Positions 1 through 7,981 of a stretch of 58,812 nucleotides of DNA are shown piece after piece. Each line of letters starts with the position of its first letter. The stretch's first letter is position 1. The translations under genes were made by a program, and so were the position numbers. The notes under the pieces are model-generated. The model made no database searches, was not told where the DNA came from, and saw nothing but the letters and a program-made list of their open reading frames with translations. The DNA lies in the NCBI GenBank assembly GCA_018969905.1, contig JAGWXK010000002.1:1-58812 (forward strand). Reading direction: 5' to 3'. Source of the stretch: Bdellovibrionales bacterium. Its GTDB lineage: Bacteria > Bdellovibrionota > UBA1018 > CAIMNF01.

Positions 1-125
1 TGGCCAGTCCCCGAGTAGATGAGGAGCCCGTGAACGCCCTTGCCCCAATCCGAGCGCTTCCCCTCGGGAGTGTCGATAAAAAACCACTTAAGAGCGTAGG
101 TACCCAGCAACAGTTCCTGATTCAT
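1..125 (-). CDS. Partial ORF (first 41 codons, continues past the left window edge); possibly a lipocalin-like domain protein
   Basis: ATG at 125-123 on the minus strand. My translation is MNQELLLGTYALKWFFIDTPEGKRSDWGKGVHGLLIYSGTG, open to the window edge. The G-T-x-x-L-x-x-F ... G-x-L-I-Y pattern is reminiscent of bacterial lipocalin-like domains. The fragment is too short to be sure. Confidence 0.3.
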   Translation of the reverse strand, partial: MNQELLLGTYALKWFFIDTPEGKRSDWGKGVHGLLIYSGTG

Positions 126-198
126 GCGAGATTGGATACTCGTACAAGATCAGATTGAAAAGAGGCTTTTGTTGTCTCCGGATTGAGTTTTCACATTT

Positions 199-867
199 TC
201 AGGAAAAATAGCTTTTCACAAGATCCGGATCCGAAAGAAGCTCAGTCGAGTTCCCCTCGCGAACGATTCGACCTGATTCCAAAATCAATCCCCGGTCGGC
301 GTGTTGAAGGGCCATTCGCGCATTCTGCTCCACGATCATCAGTGCACGACCAGACTCATCCCTCACCCACAAATCGAGCGCCCGGAATACGTCCTTTACC
401 ACCAGCGGTGCAAGCCCCAAGGACAACTCATCCACAATGAGCAATTCAGGATCTCTCATCCACGCCCTTCCAATCGCAAGCATTTGCTGCTGCCCTCCGC
501 TCAGAGTGCCCGCCGCCTGATTGACTCGCGCAGCAAGATCGGGAAAAACTCCAAAGACCAGCTCCAAAAGTTGTTTCCTTTTTCCAGGCACCCGCAGGAG
601 ATCCGCGCCCACATCCAGATTCTCCCGAACGGTGAGATCTGCGAATACCCGTCGGCCCTCCGGCACCCATCCAATCCTGCCCGTTTCGAAGCTTCCGGAA
701 ACCCGAGGAATCAGCCCGATCAAACATTCGATCAGGGTTGATTTTCCGGCTCCATTCGGACCGACAAAAGCCACGCGCTCACCCGCCTCGATCGAAAATG
801 AAATGGAATGGATGGTTTTCAGCAATCCTCGATTCACACTGAGCCCGGATACCCTTAAGATACTCAA
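199..867 (-). CDS. livF: Branched-chain amino acid ABC transporter ATP-binding protein (LivF type)
   Basis: 222-aa ORF with Walker A GPNGAGKST, signature LSGGQQQ and Walker B LLIVDE. It overlaps the upstream ATPase gene by 4 nt and is the last gene of a liv-type operon. Confidence 0.9.
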   Translation of the reverse strand: MSILRVSGLSVNRGLLKTIHSISFSIEAGERVAFVGPNGAGKSTLIECLIGLIPRVSGSFETGRIGWVPEGRRVFADLTVRENLDVGADLLRVPGKRKQLLELVFGVFPDLAARVNQAAGTLSGGQQQMLAIGRAWMRDPELLIVDELSLGLAPLVVKDVFRALDLWVRDESGRALMIVEQNARMALQHADRGLILESGRIVREGNSTELLSDPDLVKSYFS

Positions 868-1550
868 AATTCCTCCCCCAAATAAACCCGAAGGACTTCC
901 GGATTCTTGGAAACCACGTCAGGAGTTCCATCACAAATGATCCTTCCCTGATCCAATACCGCAATTCTGTCACAAGTTCGAAAGAGTGGACCCATCACGT
1001 GCTCAACCCACACAACGGCGACACCGCTTTCCTTGAGAGAGCAAATGAGGGACGTGGCCTCCTCCATTTCCACAGCAGTCAATCCGGCCATTGCCTCATC
1101 GAGCAGCAGAGCCTTGGGTCGCAGGGCAAGCGCCCGCGCGACCTCCAATCGTTTCCGATCCATAAGATTTAGAGCACCCGAATCCCGATCCCTCTGATTT
1201 TGAAGCCCGACCTTTTGCAAGCATCGAATCGCAAGATCATGATCAGCCGTCGCTACTGCAACATTCTCAAACACACTGAGACCAAGGAGCGGCCGTGGAG
1301 TTTGAAAAGTACGCGCAATTCCCAGAGCTGCTGCGGTTGCGGGGTTTCGGAGCCGGACCACTTGATCCTTAAGAAAGATGGTTCCGGAATCCGGGGAATG
1401 CACCCCCGTTAAAACATTGAAGAGTGTCGATTTTCCGGCACCATTCGGACCCATAAGCCCGAGCACTTCACCCTCCTGCACGGAAAGATCCACCCCTTTG
1501 AGAACTTGAAGTCCTCCGAAAGAAATCCGGATCTGCTGACAGCGAATCAT
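864..1550 (-). CDS. livG: Branched-chain amino acid ABC transporter ATP-binding protein (LivG type)
   Basis: Walker A GPNGAGKST and Walker B LLLDEAMAGL. The ORF track extends to 1583, but the ATG at 1550 forms an ATGA overlap with the livM stop (tcat at 1547-1550), so I prefer 1550. Confidence 0.88.
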   Translation of the reverse strand: MIRCQQIRISFGGLQVLKGVDLSVQEGEVLGLMGPNGAGKSTLFNVLTGVHSPDSGTIFLKDQVVRLRNPATAAALGIARTFQTPRPLLGLSVFENVAVATADHDLAIRCLQKVGLQNQRDRDSGALNLMDRKRLEVARALALRPKALLLDEAMAGLTAVEMEEATSLICSLKESGVAVVWVEHVMGPLFRTCDRIAVLDQGRIICDGTPDVVSKNPEVLRVYLGEEF

Positions 1551-2407
1551 CTCCGCCCTCCGAGCAGACCCTGGGGCCTCCATCGAAAAACCAAAAGAAC
1601 CACGAGCGCATACAAAAACACATGGTGCTGGCCAAAATCACGCAGCCCCTCGGAAAGTATTTCCAGACCAAGGGCGCCAATCACCGGCCCAAGCCAGGTT
1701 CCCATGCCTCCGAGGATCGTCATGGCGAGGATCAAAAACATCTGGGAGAGACTTCCCATCTCAGGAGAGATCAAACCAAGATAATGTCCATAGAGCGCAC
1801 CCGCCAGTGATGCCACCGCACTGGATGCCGAAAACACCCATACCCTGAGTTTTTCGGTTTGAACTCCGAGACTGGCTGCTGCAAGCTCATCGCTCAGGAT
1901 CGCGCGAAGGTGCAACCCCGTTCTCGATCTTCGCACCCTTCGGATGAAAATCATCAGACTTACCAAAACAACTCCAAAAATCATAAGTGCGGCAATCTTC
2001 TGAGCTACGACTCCATTTTCAGAATCAGACCAAAGAAGCGGAACTTTGAGCCCGAGCGCTCCGCGGGTCCATTGATCCTCATTGGTCAAAAAGAGCCGAA
2101 ACAGTTCTGAAAATGCAAGCGTCACGAGCGCAAGATACGTTCCGTTCAAGCGAAGACTCAGCTTGCCAAGAAGCCCCCCAAACAGAGCACCGCAAAAAAA
2201 CGCAAGCGGCAGGGAAATCAGGATCGGCAGCCCAAAGTATAGCGTAATCAACGCCGAAACATAAGCGCCGAGCGACGCAAATGCGGCATGAGAGTACGTG
2301 GCGAATCCCGTCATCCCTGCAACCACATTCCAAGAGGATGCCAAAATCGCATAATACAGACCGATGATCCCCACATGCAGAATATACGGGTTAAACACGG
2401 TTTCCAT
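1547..2407 (-). CDS. livM: Branched-chain amino acid ABC transporter permease (LivM type)
   Basis: 286-aa polytopic membrane ORF with the C-terminal motif LILAMTILGGMGTWLGPVIGA typical of LivH/LivM permeases. It lies between livH and livG. Confidence 0.85.
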   Translation of the reverse strand: METVFNPYILHVGIIGLYYAILASSWNVVAGMTGFATYSHAAFASLGAYVSALITLYFGLPILISLPLAFFCGALFGGLLGKLSLRLNGTYLALVTLAFSELFRLFLTNEDQWTRGALGLKVPLLWSDSENGVVAQKIAALMIFGVVLVSLMIFIRRVRRSRTGLHLRAILSDELAAASLGVQTEKLRVWVFSASSAVASLAGALYGHYLGLISPEMGSLSQMFLILAMTILGGMGTWLGPVIGALGLEILSEGLRDFGQHHVFLYALVVLLVFRWRPQGLLGGRR

Positions 2408-3239
2408 ACAACCCCCTTGGCCTAAAGAGCAGGGTCAGGATCAAAAACAGAAATCCGAACGCGGGGGCATACCTGGTGGAGAGGTAATGTGATCCCAAAC
2501 TCTCCGCCAATCCGAGCAACAATCCCGCCACCGCTGCACCCCGGATCGATCCCATTCCACCGATCACCATCACTGAAATCGCCGTAAGAGTGACCTGCGC
2601 TCCGGAATCGGGAACCACCGGGAAAATTGGCGAAAGCACAACCCCCGCAAGTCCAGCCAATGCAGTCGAAATTCCAAAAGCCAGAGTCCGGGTCCTTACC
2701 GGGTTGATCCCGAAAGATAAGGCCACTTCCGGATCCTGGGCGACAGCACGGATGGCCCTTCCCATCCTTGTAAACCGCACCCAAAGGTAAAACATCAAAA
2801 AGGAAATCATCGCGATTGCACCTGAAACCATTCTTTGGCTCCCCATCGAAATTCCCGGAAAGATCTCAATGGAGCCATCAATCCTTGCCTCAGACTGGAC
2901 AGGATACGGACCAAAGAAAATAAGGAATGCGTTTGAAAGCACTATCGAGAGGATAAAGGTCATCATCATGGAGCGGTTGTGGTCACTTTCAGCTCTGGAC
3001 AAGAGAAGTCTTTCGGTCAGGACGCCTGCGATGAAACTCACAAGCAGGGAAAGAAGCAGAGACGGGATCAATCCAATTCCCGAACGAAGAAGGAAAGCAA
3101 AACAATAACTCGCAAGGACGAAAAACTCGCCATGAGAAAACTGAACGAGCCTCATGAGTCCCGCAATCAGGCTGAGCCCCATTGCGGAGACTGCATAAAT
3201 GCTACCGAGGACCAAGCCATTCAGAAGGGAGAATCCCAT
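2391..3239 (-). CDS. livH: Branched-chain amino acid ABC transporter permease (LivH type)
   Basis: 282-aa membrane ORF with the motifs QFSHGEFFVLASY and VMVIGGMGSIRGAAVAGLLLG. It overlaps livM by 17 nt. Confidence 0.85.
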   Translation of the reverse strand: MGFSLLNGLVLGSIYAVSAMGLSLIAGLMRLVQFSHGEFFVLASYCFAFLLRSGIGLIPSLLLSLLVSFIAGVLTERLLLSRAESDHNRSMMMTFILSIVLSNAFLIFFGPYPVQSEARIDGSIEIFPGISMGSQRMVSGAIAMISFLMFYLWVRFTRMGRAIRAVAQDPEVALSFGINPVRTRTLAFGISTALAGLAGVVLSPIFPVVPDSGAQVTLTAISVMVIGGMGSIRGAAVAGLLLGLAESLGSHYLSTRYAPAFGFLFLILTLLFRPRGLYGNRV

Positions 3240-3260
3240 TTCGGACCTTTCGGTGCCACT

Positions 3261-4466
3261 TCAGCGCATGATGGATCCGCGCGCGAGCTTTTTTGGATAA
3301 ACAATGATCTGTTTTTGATTCTGCCACTGTCCGATCAACATCGGCGGATTCCATTGATGATATTCGGGAGTTCCTTTTTTTGTCCCGAATTGCACCGTTC
3401 CGGTAGGACCCTTGAATTTGACATTCTCCAGGGCCTGTACCAGGTCCACACCACTGAATTCAGGTTTCTTTTTCGCCGCCGCTGCAATCGCCTCGGCAGC
3501 CAGAAGAATTGCGATGTAGGAAGATCGAGACTTATAGTCCGATGGGGCTTTTCCGAACTTTTTTTGGTAGCGGCTGAAAAAGAGCTTCGCTTCGGCGTTG
3601 GGCTGCACGGATTCATGCATCGATGTCAAATGAAGTTCTTTTTCTCCCGCAGCCTTCACATTGCTCCAATATTCAGGCCAGAGAGAAGGGGGTCCTGCAC
3701 CGTCCAAAATCAAGGCACCTGGAGTCACACCGATCTCGGCGGCTTGCGCAATCAAGGTATGAAGACCAAATGAGTAAATAAATGCCACGATCAAATCGGG
3801 GTTCTTTTCCTTGATTTGATTGAGCTCGTTGTAAAAATCCTTCGCTTTGGCGTCAATCTGAACGAGGGAATACGGTACCTTTGCAGCGTCCAGTGCTTTC
3901 GCCGTAAGCGCTGAAATGCCTTTGCCCCAATCAGAATTCTCAGCCACAATCACAACGTTCTTGAATTTTTGTCCGCCTTCTTTCGCTGAAATGAAGGGAG
4001 CGATTGCGTTGCTCACGACGGAGGAATTCGACGGCCCTTCTCGAAAGACCATCGGATATTTTTTTTCCATGATGGCATCCGCCCAAGCCTCGATCACCAT
4101 GAAAGGCACCTGATACCGTTCGGCAAGCTCGATCTCGGCAAGCGCACAGGAGGAGTGACTCTCGCCCACAATCATGTTCACTCTTTCCTTGGTCGCAAGT
4201 TTTTCAAAGGCTGCGGCTGCCTTCTCTGGAACACCGGCAGTGTCTTCCGCAATCACCGAAATCTTAGAGTACACACCGCCTTTTTCCTTCAACACATCCA
4301 GTGCAAGTTCGATTCCCTCCTGAAAAGCCGCTCCCGTTGCCGCCGCAGAACCAGTCTTTGGTCCGACAAAACCAATCGAGTAGCCCGTTGCAGCCAAGGA
4401 CTCTCCCAGAGGGAAACAGTTGATCAAGCCCAGACAAACCGAAACCAGGGAAACGATCTTCTTCAT
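3261..4466 (-). CDS. Periplasmic substrate-binding protein of the Leu/Ile/Val (type 1 PBP) ABC family
   Basis: The ORF runs to 4514, but the ATG at 4466 is preceded by a strong RBS (AAGGAGAATC-ATG) and gives the signal peptide MKKIVSLVSVCLGLINCF. Length and composition fit amino-acid binding proteins, and it heads the liv operon. Confidence 0.8.
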   Translation of the reverse strand: MKKIVSLVSVCLGLINCFPLGESLAATGYSIGFVGPKTGSAAATGAAFQEGIELALDVLKEKGGVYSKISVIAEDTAGVPEKAAAAFEKLATKERVNMIVGESHSSCALAEIELAERYQVPFMVIEAWADAIMEKKYPMVFREGPSNSSVVSNAIAPFISAKEGGQKFKNVVIVAENSDWGKGISALTAKALDAAKVPYSLVQIDAKAKDFYNELNQIKEKNPDLIVAFIYSFGLHTLIAQAAEIGVTPGALILDGAGPPSLWPEYWSNVKAAGEKELHLTSMHESVQPNAEAKLFFSRYQKKFGKAPSDYKSRSSYIAILLAAEAIAAAAKKKPEFSGVDLVQALENVKFKGPTGTVQFGTKKGTPEYHQWNPPMLIGQWQNQKQIIVYPKKLARGSIMR

Positions 4467-4679
4467 GATTCTCCTTTTTTTCAGGAATTTTGTATTCTTG
4501 GCCATGAATACCACCGCAAATTCATAAGGAAAAGGGCACCGCTCAATCCTGACTGAAACATCGTCAATTCAATGAATTCAGTTTGATTATTTTTCGATGC
4601 CTCTCCTCATTGGAAGAATTGCTGCTCGCGATTGTGTCTTGCCTGACACAGTGGCGGGTTCATTTCTTATCGAGCATAA

Positions 4680-6212
4680 TTGAATTTGGGGGGAATCTTG
4701 GATATTCGAACGAATAAGAAAGAGCTTTGTCGTTCTTTCATCCATTCATTGACCGTTTTGGGAATTTTTTTCGCCTCCTGCCTGCTCACGCCCCGCGTCT
4801 TCGCCGCACCTGCCGATGTGAAGAGGTTTCAACGATGCTACGCAATGTTCACCGGAATGAGGGTTCCGTCCGACGATGCCCGGTTGGCAGCGGTCAAATC
4901 TGGAAGCAAAACCGCCGCCAACGCATGCATGGAAGTCTTTGATCTTGCAACTCTCGGATCAAACAACAGGATCTCCACCACCACCGAACCGGCCCTGGCC
5001 ACCTCAATCCTGAAGAGGTTTCACGAATGGGGTCGAGGGTACGGAAAGGACAAGGACTTCTTCAACTCGTTTGAAACTGACCATACCGCCGAGATCCAAG
5101 ACCCGTACTTGATGGCAAATGCAATCACCTTTCTTTTGCTGAAACCCAACCAAAGCTTTTCAAAGCTGGTTACAGACACGATGTCGTATCGCACCATTCG
5201 GGAGAGGAATCAAACGCCCTCAGGCTTGATCTCAAATCCCTATCTGGGAATAGAGTTCTATTATCAAACCTGGACTAGCGGAGAGCTTCCTTTGGCGACT
5301 CCAGCCACACTTGTGCGACAGGGACGGCTTGTGGGGATCGAGCCTTCCACCACGGTCAATCCTTTTCCCCACACACCCGGCCGTTTCCCGGAAAAAAACA
5401 TGAACGCGAATCTCGGGGGCGGGATCCTTGGAGCCCAAGGATATCTTCTTGCCAAGATTACAACAAATTACTTCAACCGCATCCCGGACACAACAGAGAG
5501 CACTTACCGCAAAGACTCGATGGTGAACGGGGTTTCCAATACCCCGAGGCGGCTTGCAAAAACCATCCTCAGTGACTTGCTTTGTCGCGAGCTTCCTGCG
5601 CTTCATGAATCGGATGTGGTGAATCTTGCGAGTGCTGCCTATACGGTTCCATTTCGAAAGGCGACCGGATGTACCTCATGCCATGCGACCATGGACCCCC
5701 TTGCTGCGGTTTATCGGAATCAGGTTCCGATTCGTAGCATGGATGCAAACTCTCACCGCGGGTTCCGATTTTTTGCAACCAGAACCCCGGATCTGGCCTT
5801 AAACGAACCGATTTCCAACGATTCGATCTTCCCCCCGAACGGGGATGACCCGGACTTTTATCGAAAACCCCCGCGCGGTACCCTTCGTTTCAAATCGTAT
5901 GATGGAACCCTTGTCGAACAGCAGGTGAATGGGATTGCGGACCTCGGTACGAAAATCTCACTCACCAAGGATTTTTACGTTTGTGCCGCATCCAAGTTTT
6001 ACCGCTTCCTCACGGGAGTCAGGGTGAATCTTGCCGACATCACTCACCCGAACACAGCTCCCCTTTCCCCAGGTGCCACCGCACACAGAAACCTAGTCAT
6101 TCAACTGGGAGCGGATTCAACAACCGGTTTGATGGCACACAAGAGCCTACGCACCCTGATCCGGCAAATCATAGAGACCAACGCATTTTTAAATCCAGGA
6201 GTGGCGCCATGA
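4680..6212 (+). CDS. Secreted CxxCH-motif protein, DUF1588/PSD-like (putative haem-binding), function unknown
   Basis: 510-aa ORF with a TTG start at 4680 (start uncertain). It has an N-terminal hydrophobic signal (LTVLGIFFASCLLTPRVFA-AP) and the single motif CTSCHATMDP at nt 5670-5684. Its stop overlaps the next start (ATGA at 6209-6212). Confidence 0.6.
   Translation: MNLGGILDIRTNKKELCRSFIHSLTVLGIFFASCLLTPRVFAAPADVKRFQRCYAMFTGMRVPSDDARLAAVKSGSKTAANACMEVFDLATLGSNNRISTTTEPALATSILKRFHEWGRGYGKDKDFFNSFETDHTAEIQDPYLMANAITFLLLKPNQSFSKLVTDTMSYRTIRERNQTPSGLISNPYLGIEFYYQTWTSGELPLATPATLVRQGRLVGIEPSTTVNPFPHTPGRFPEKNMNANLGGGILGAQGYLLAKITTNYFNRIPDTTESTYRKDSMVNGVSNTPRRLAKTILSDLLCRELPALHESDVVNLASAAYTVPFRKATGCTSCHATMDPLAAVYRNQVPIRSMDANSHRGFRFFATRTPDLALNEPISNDSIFPPNGDDPDFYRKPPRGTLRFKSYDGTLVEQQVNGIADLGTKISLTKDFYVCAASKFYRFLTGVRVNLADITHPNTAPLSPGATAHRNLVIQLGADSTTGLMAHKSLRTLIRQIIETNAFLNPGVAP
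5670..5684 (+). other. CxxCH (c-type haem attachment-like) motif CTSCH followed by ATMDP
   Basis: Read directly: tgt acc tca tgc cat, in frame with ORF 4680..6212. Confidence 0.9.
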
Positions 6213-7981
6213 ATCCAAAAAAGAATGGAATCGGAATTCCACGGCGTGAGTTTTTAACCGATGTTGCCTCATCCGCAATTTCTGCAGGAATGCTCTCTTC
6301 GCGCGCATCCAGATTGATTTTCTCGGCTGCGATTGCGCACTTCTTGAAACCGGAACTCGCTCATGCGTCCACCCCGACCAATGACATGGTCTTTGTGAAT
6401 TTTTTCTGTTTCGGTGGCCTGGTCAAATGGGTTTTTGATCTGCCCCTGACCCCGAACACCACCGACTCGATTCCCACAAACCAAATCAATCCTTATGTTG
6501 GAACCCAAATCACTCCGGGCACCCTTGCCCTTACCTACAACACCGTGACCAATCCCCTTTTCCAAGGAATTCGGATGCCCAGTCTTTGGGGCGGACAGAT
6601 TCCGACCAACGGGGGCGGAAGCACTGCGATTGCGAATCTTACTCCGAATTTGCTGATGATTCGGGGGATCAACGAACTTTTTGATTCTCATGAAATCCAA
6701 TCAAAAAATCAGCTGCTGCTTGGGGGACAATACTCCATCACAGGACTTATGGCGGATGTGGCAACCACTCCGTTTCCGGCTTGCTCCTATGGGGACCCTC
6801 TCGCTTTCAATAGCAAACGGGGCCTCACGAATTTCAATATCAGTCGCACCTGGACCAACCCTCTTGAAACCGCTCTAGGCTCATTCAAAAACGATAGCCT
6901 TTGGGTCGAAAATAGCAGCGCGAGCCTCAGCGCTGCAATAGATAGCCTGCTGAACACCATGAAAACCGTCTCGGCATCCAAGCACGAGAGGCTCCCCTTG
7001 ACCTATGATCAAAGGGCGAAGGCCAAACAGTTGATTTTGACCCAGTTCGGAGACCTTCAAAATGAATTCAACACCCGGAGAAACATTTACAAAACCCTTT
7101 TGGAGAGTGCCCTCCGGAATTCGGCATTTCACACTTCTGGCCTCGACACCGTGAGTGTACCGGGACTCACCACTCCGGGTCCGGGAAACATCGACTATCA
7201 GAATCCGAACTCCTCCACCAGCAGATCGCTTCTTTCCCGAAGGCTGGGCCTTGAAAAAAACGTTGTCTACACTGGTGCCAATTTCAACGCTGCGTCCGTT
7301 TGGGCGAATGCGACCATTCCGCACATGGCGGAGGGCTTTGCCATCGCCGAATTCATGATCACCAAGGGCCTCACCTCATCCTTGAACATCTCCCTCGGGG
7401 GTTTTGCCGGGCTTTCCATCGACAATTCCCATGACTATTCAACCAATACCTCTTCGGCCAGATCCGATTATGGTTTCGGGAATACGGGCATGGACATGCA
7501 TGACACCGGCTCTGTGATTGCGACGATCGCCATGACCCGCTGGTATCGCGCCTATCTTGCCTGCATGAACCAGTTCATCAACGTCTTGAAAAATACTGCA
7601 GTACCGGGTGGAGGAAACATCTTCCAGCGAACAGTCATTGCCAATACCAGCGAGTTCAATCGCTCCCCGCGCGTTTTGGAGGATGGAAGTGATCACGGCT
7701 GGGCGGGACAGAGTTACAGTCTGTTCTCCGGAATGATTGAATCCTGCCAGGTGCTGGGAAACGTCGCGCCTTCCCAGAACACCGTGTATCCGGGCATCTG
7801 GGGCTTCAATGGCAAGATCGCGGAGAACAACAACCGTGAACTTCTGCTTGGAAACGTGGCAAGCACCCTTGCGACCCTTTTGAACATCCCTTCTCCCTCA
7901 CCGAACGAATCGACTCTCGTAAACAAAGTCAATGGAGTAGTGGCATCTTACACCATTCCAAGGGGGAAGAATGTGGCGTGA
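6209..7981 (+). CDS. Twin-arginine (Tat) exported protein, DUF1501/DUF1552-like (alkaline-phosphatase/sulfatase-fold family), function unknown
   Basis: The ORF track starts at 5981, but that part overlaps gene 1. The ATG at 6209 gives MNPKKNGIGIPRREFLTDVASSAISAGMLSS, a classic Tat signal. The C-terminal motif EDGSDHGWAGQSYSLFSG resembles the DH-containing metal-site motif of DUF1501/DUF1552/sulfatase-like proteins. About 590 aa. Confidence 0.55.
   Translation: MNPKKNGIGIPRREFLTDVASSAISAGMLSSRASRLIFSAAIAHFLKPELAHASTPTNDMVFVNFFCFGGLVKWVFDLPLTPNTTDSIPTNQINPYVGTQITPGTLALTYNTVTNPLFQGIRMPSLWGGQIPTNGGGSTAIANLTPNLLMIRGINELFDSHEIQSKNQLLLGGQYSITGLMADVATTPFPACSYGDPLAFNSKRGLTNFNISRTWTNPLETALGSFKNDSLWVENSSASLSAAIDSLLNTMKTVSASKHERLPLTYDQRAKAKQLILTQFGDLQNEFNTRRNIYKTLLESALRNSAFHTSGLDTVSVPGLTTPGPGNIDYQNPNSSTSRSLLSRRLGLEKNVVYTGANFNAASVWANATIPHMAEGFAIAEFMITKGLTSSLNISLGGFAGLSIDNSHDYSTNTSSARSDYGFGNTGMDMHDTGSVIATIAMTRWYRAYLACMNQFINVLKNTAVPGGGNIFQRTVIANTSEFNRSPRVLEDGSDHGWAGQSYSLFSGMIESCQVLGNVAPSQNTVYPGIWGFNGKIAENNNRELLLGNVASTLATLLNIPSPSPNESTLVNKVNGVVASYTIPRGKNVA

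Noticed and set aside
5981-6208. N-terminal extension of ORF 5981..7981 (76 extra codons) overlapping the end of gene 4680..6212
   Set aside because: The extension is Pro/His/Arg/Ser-rich out-of-frame read-through of gene 1. The ATG at 6209 gives a classic twin-arginine signal and an ATGA overlap with the upstream stop.
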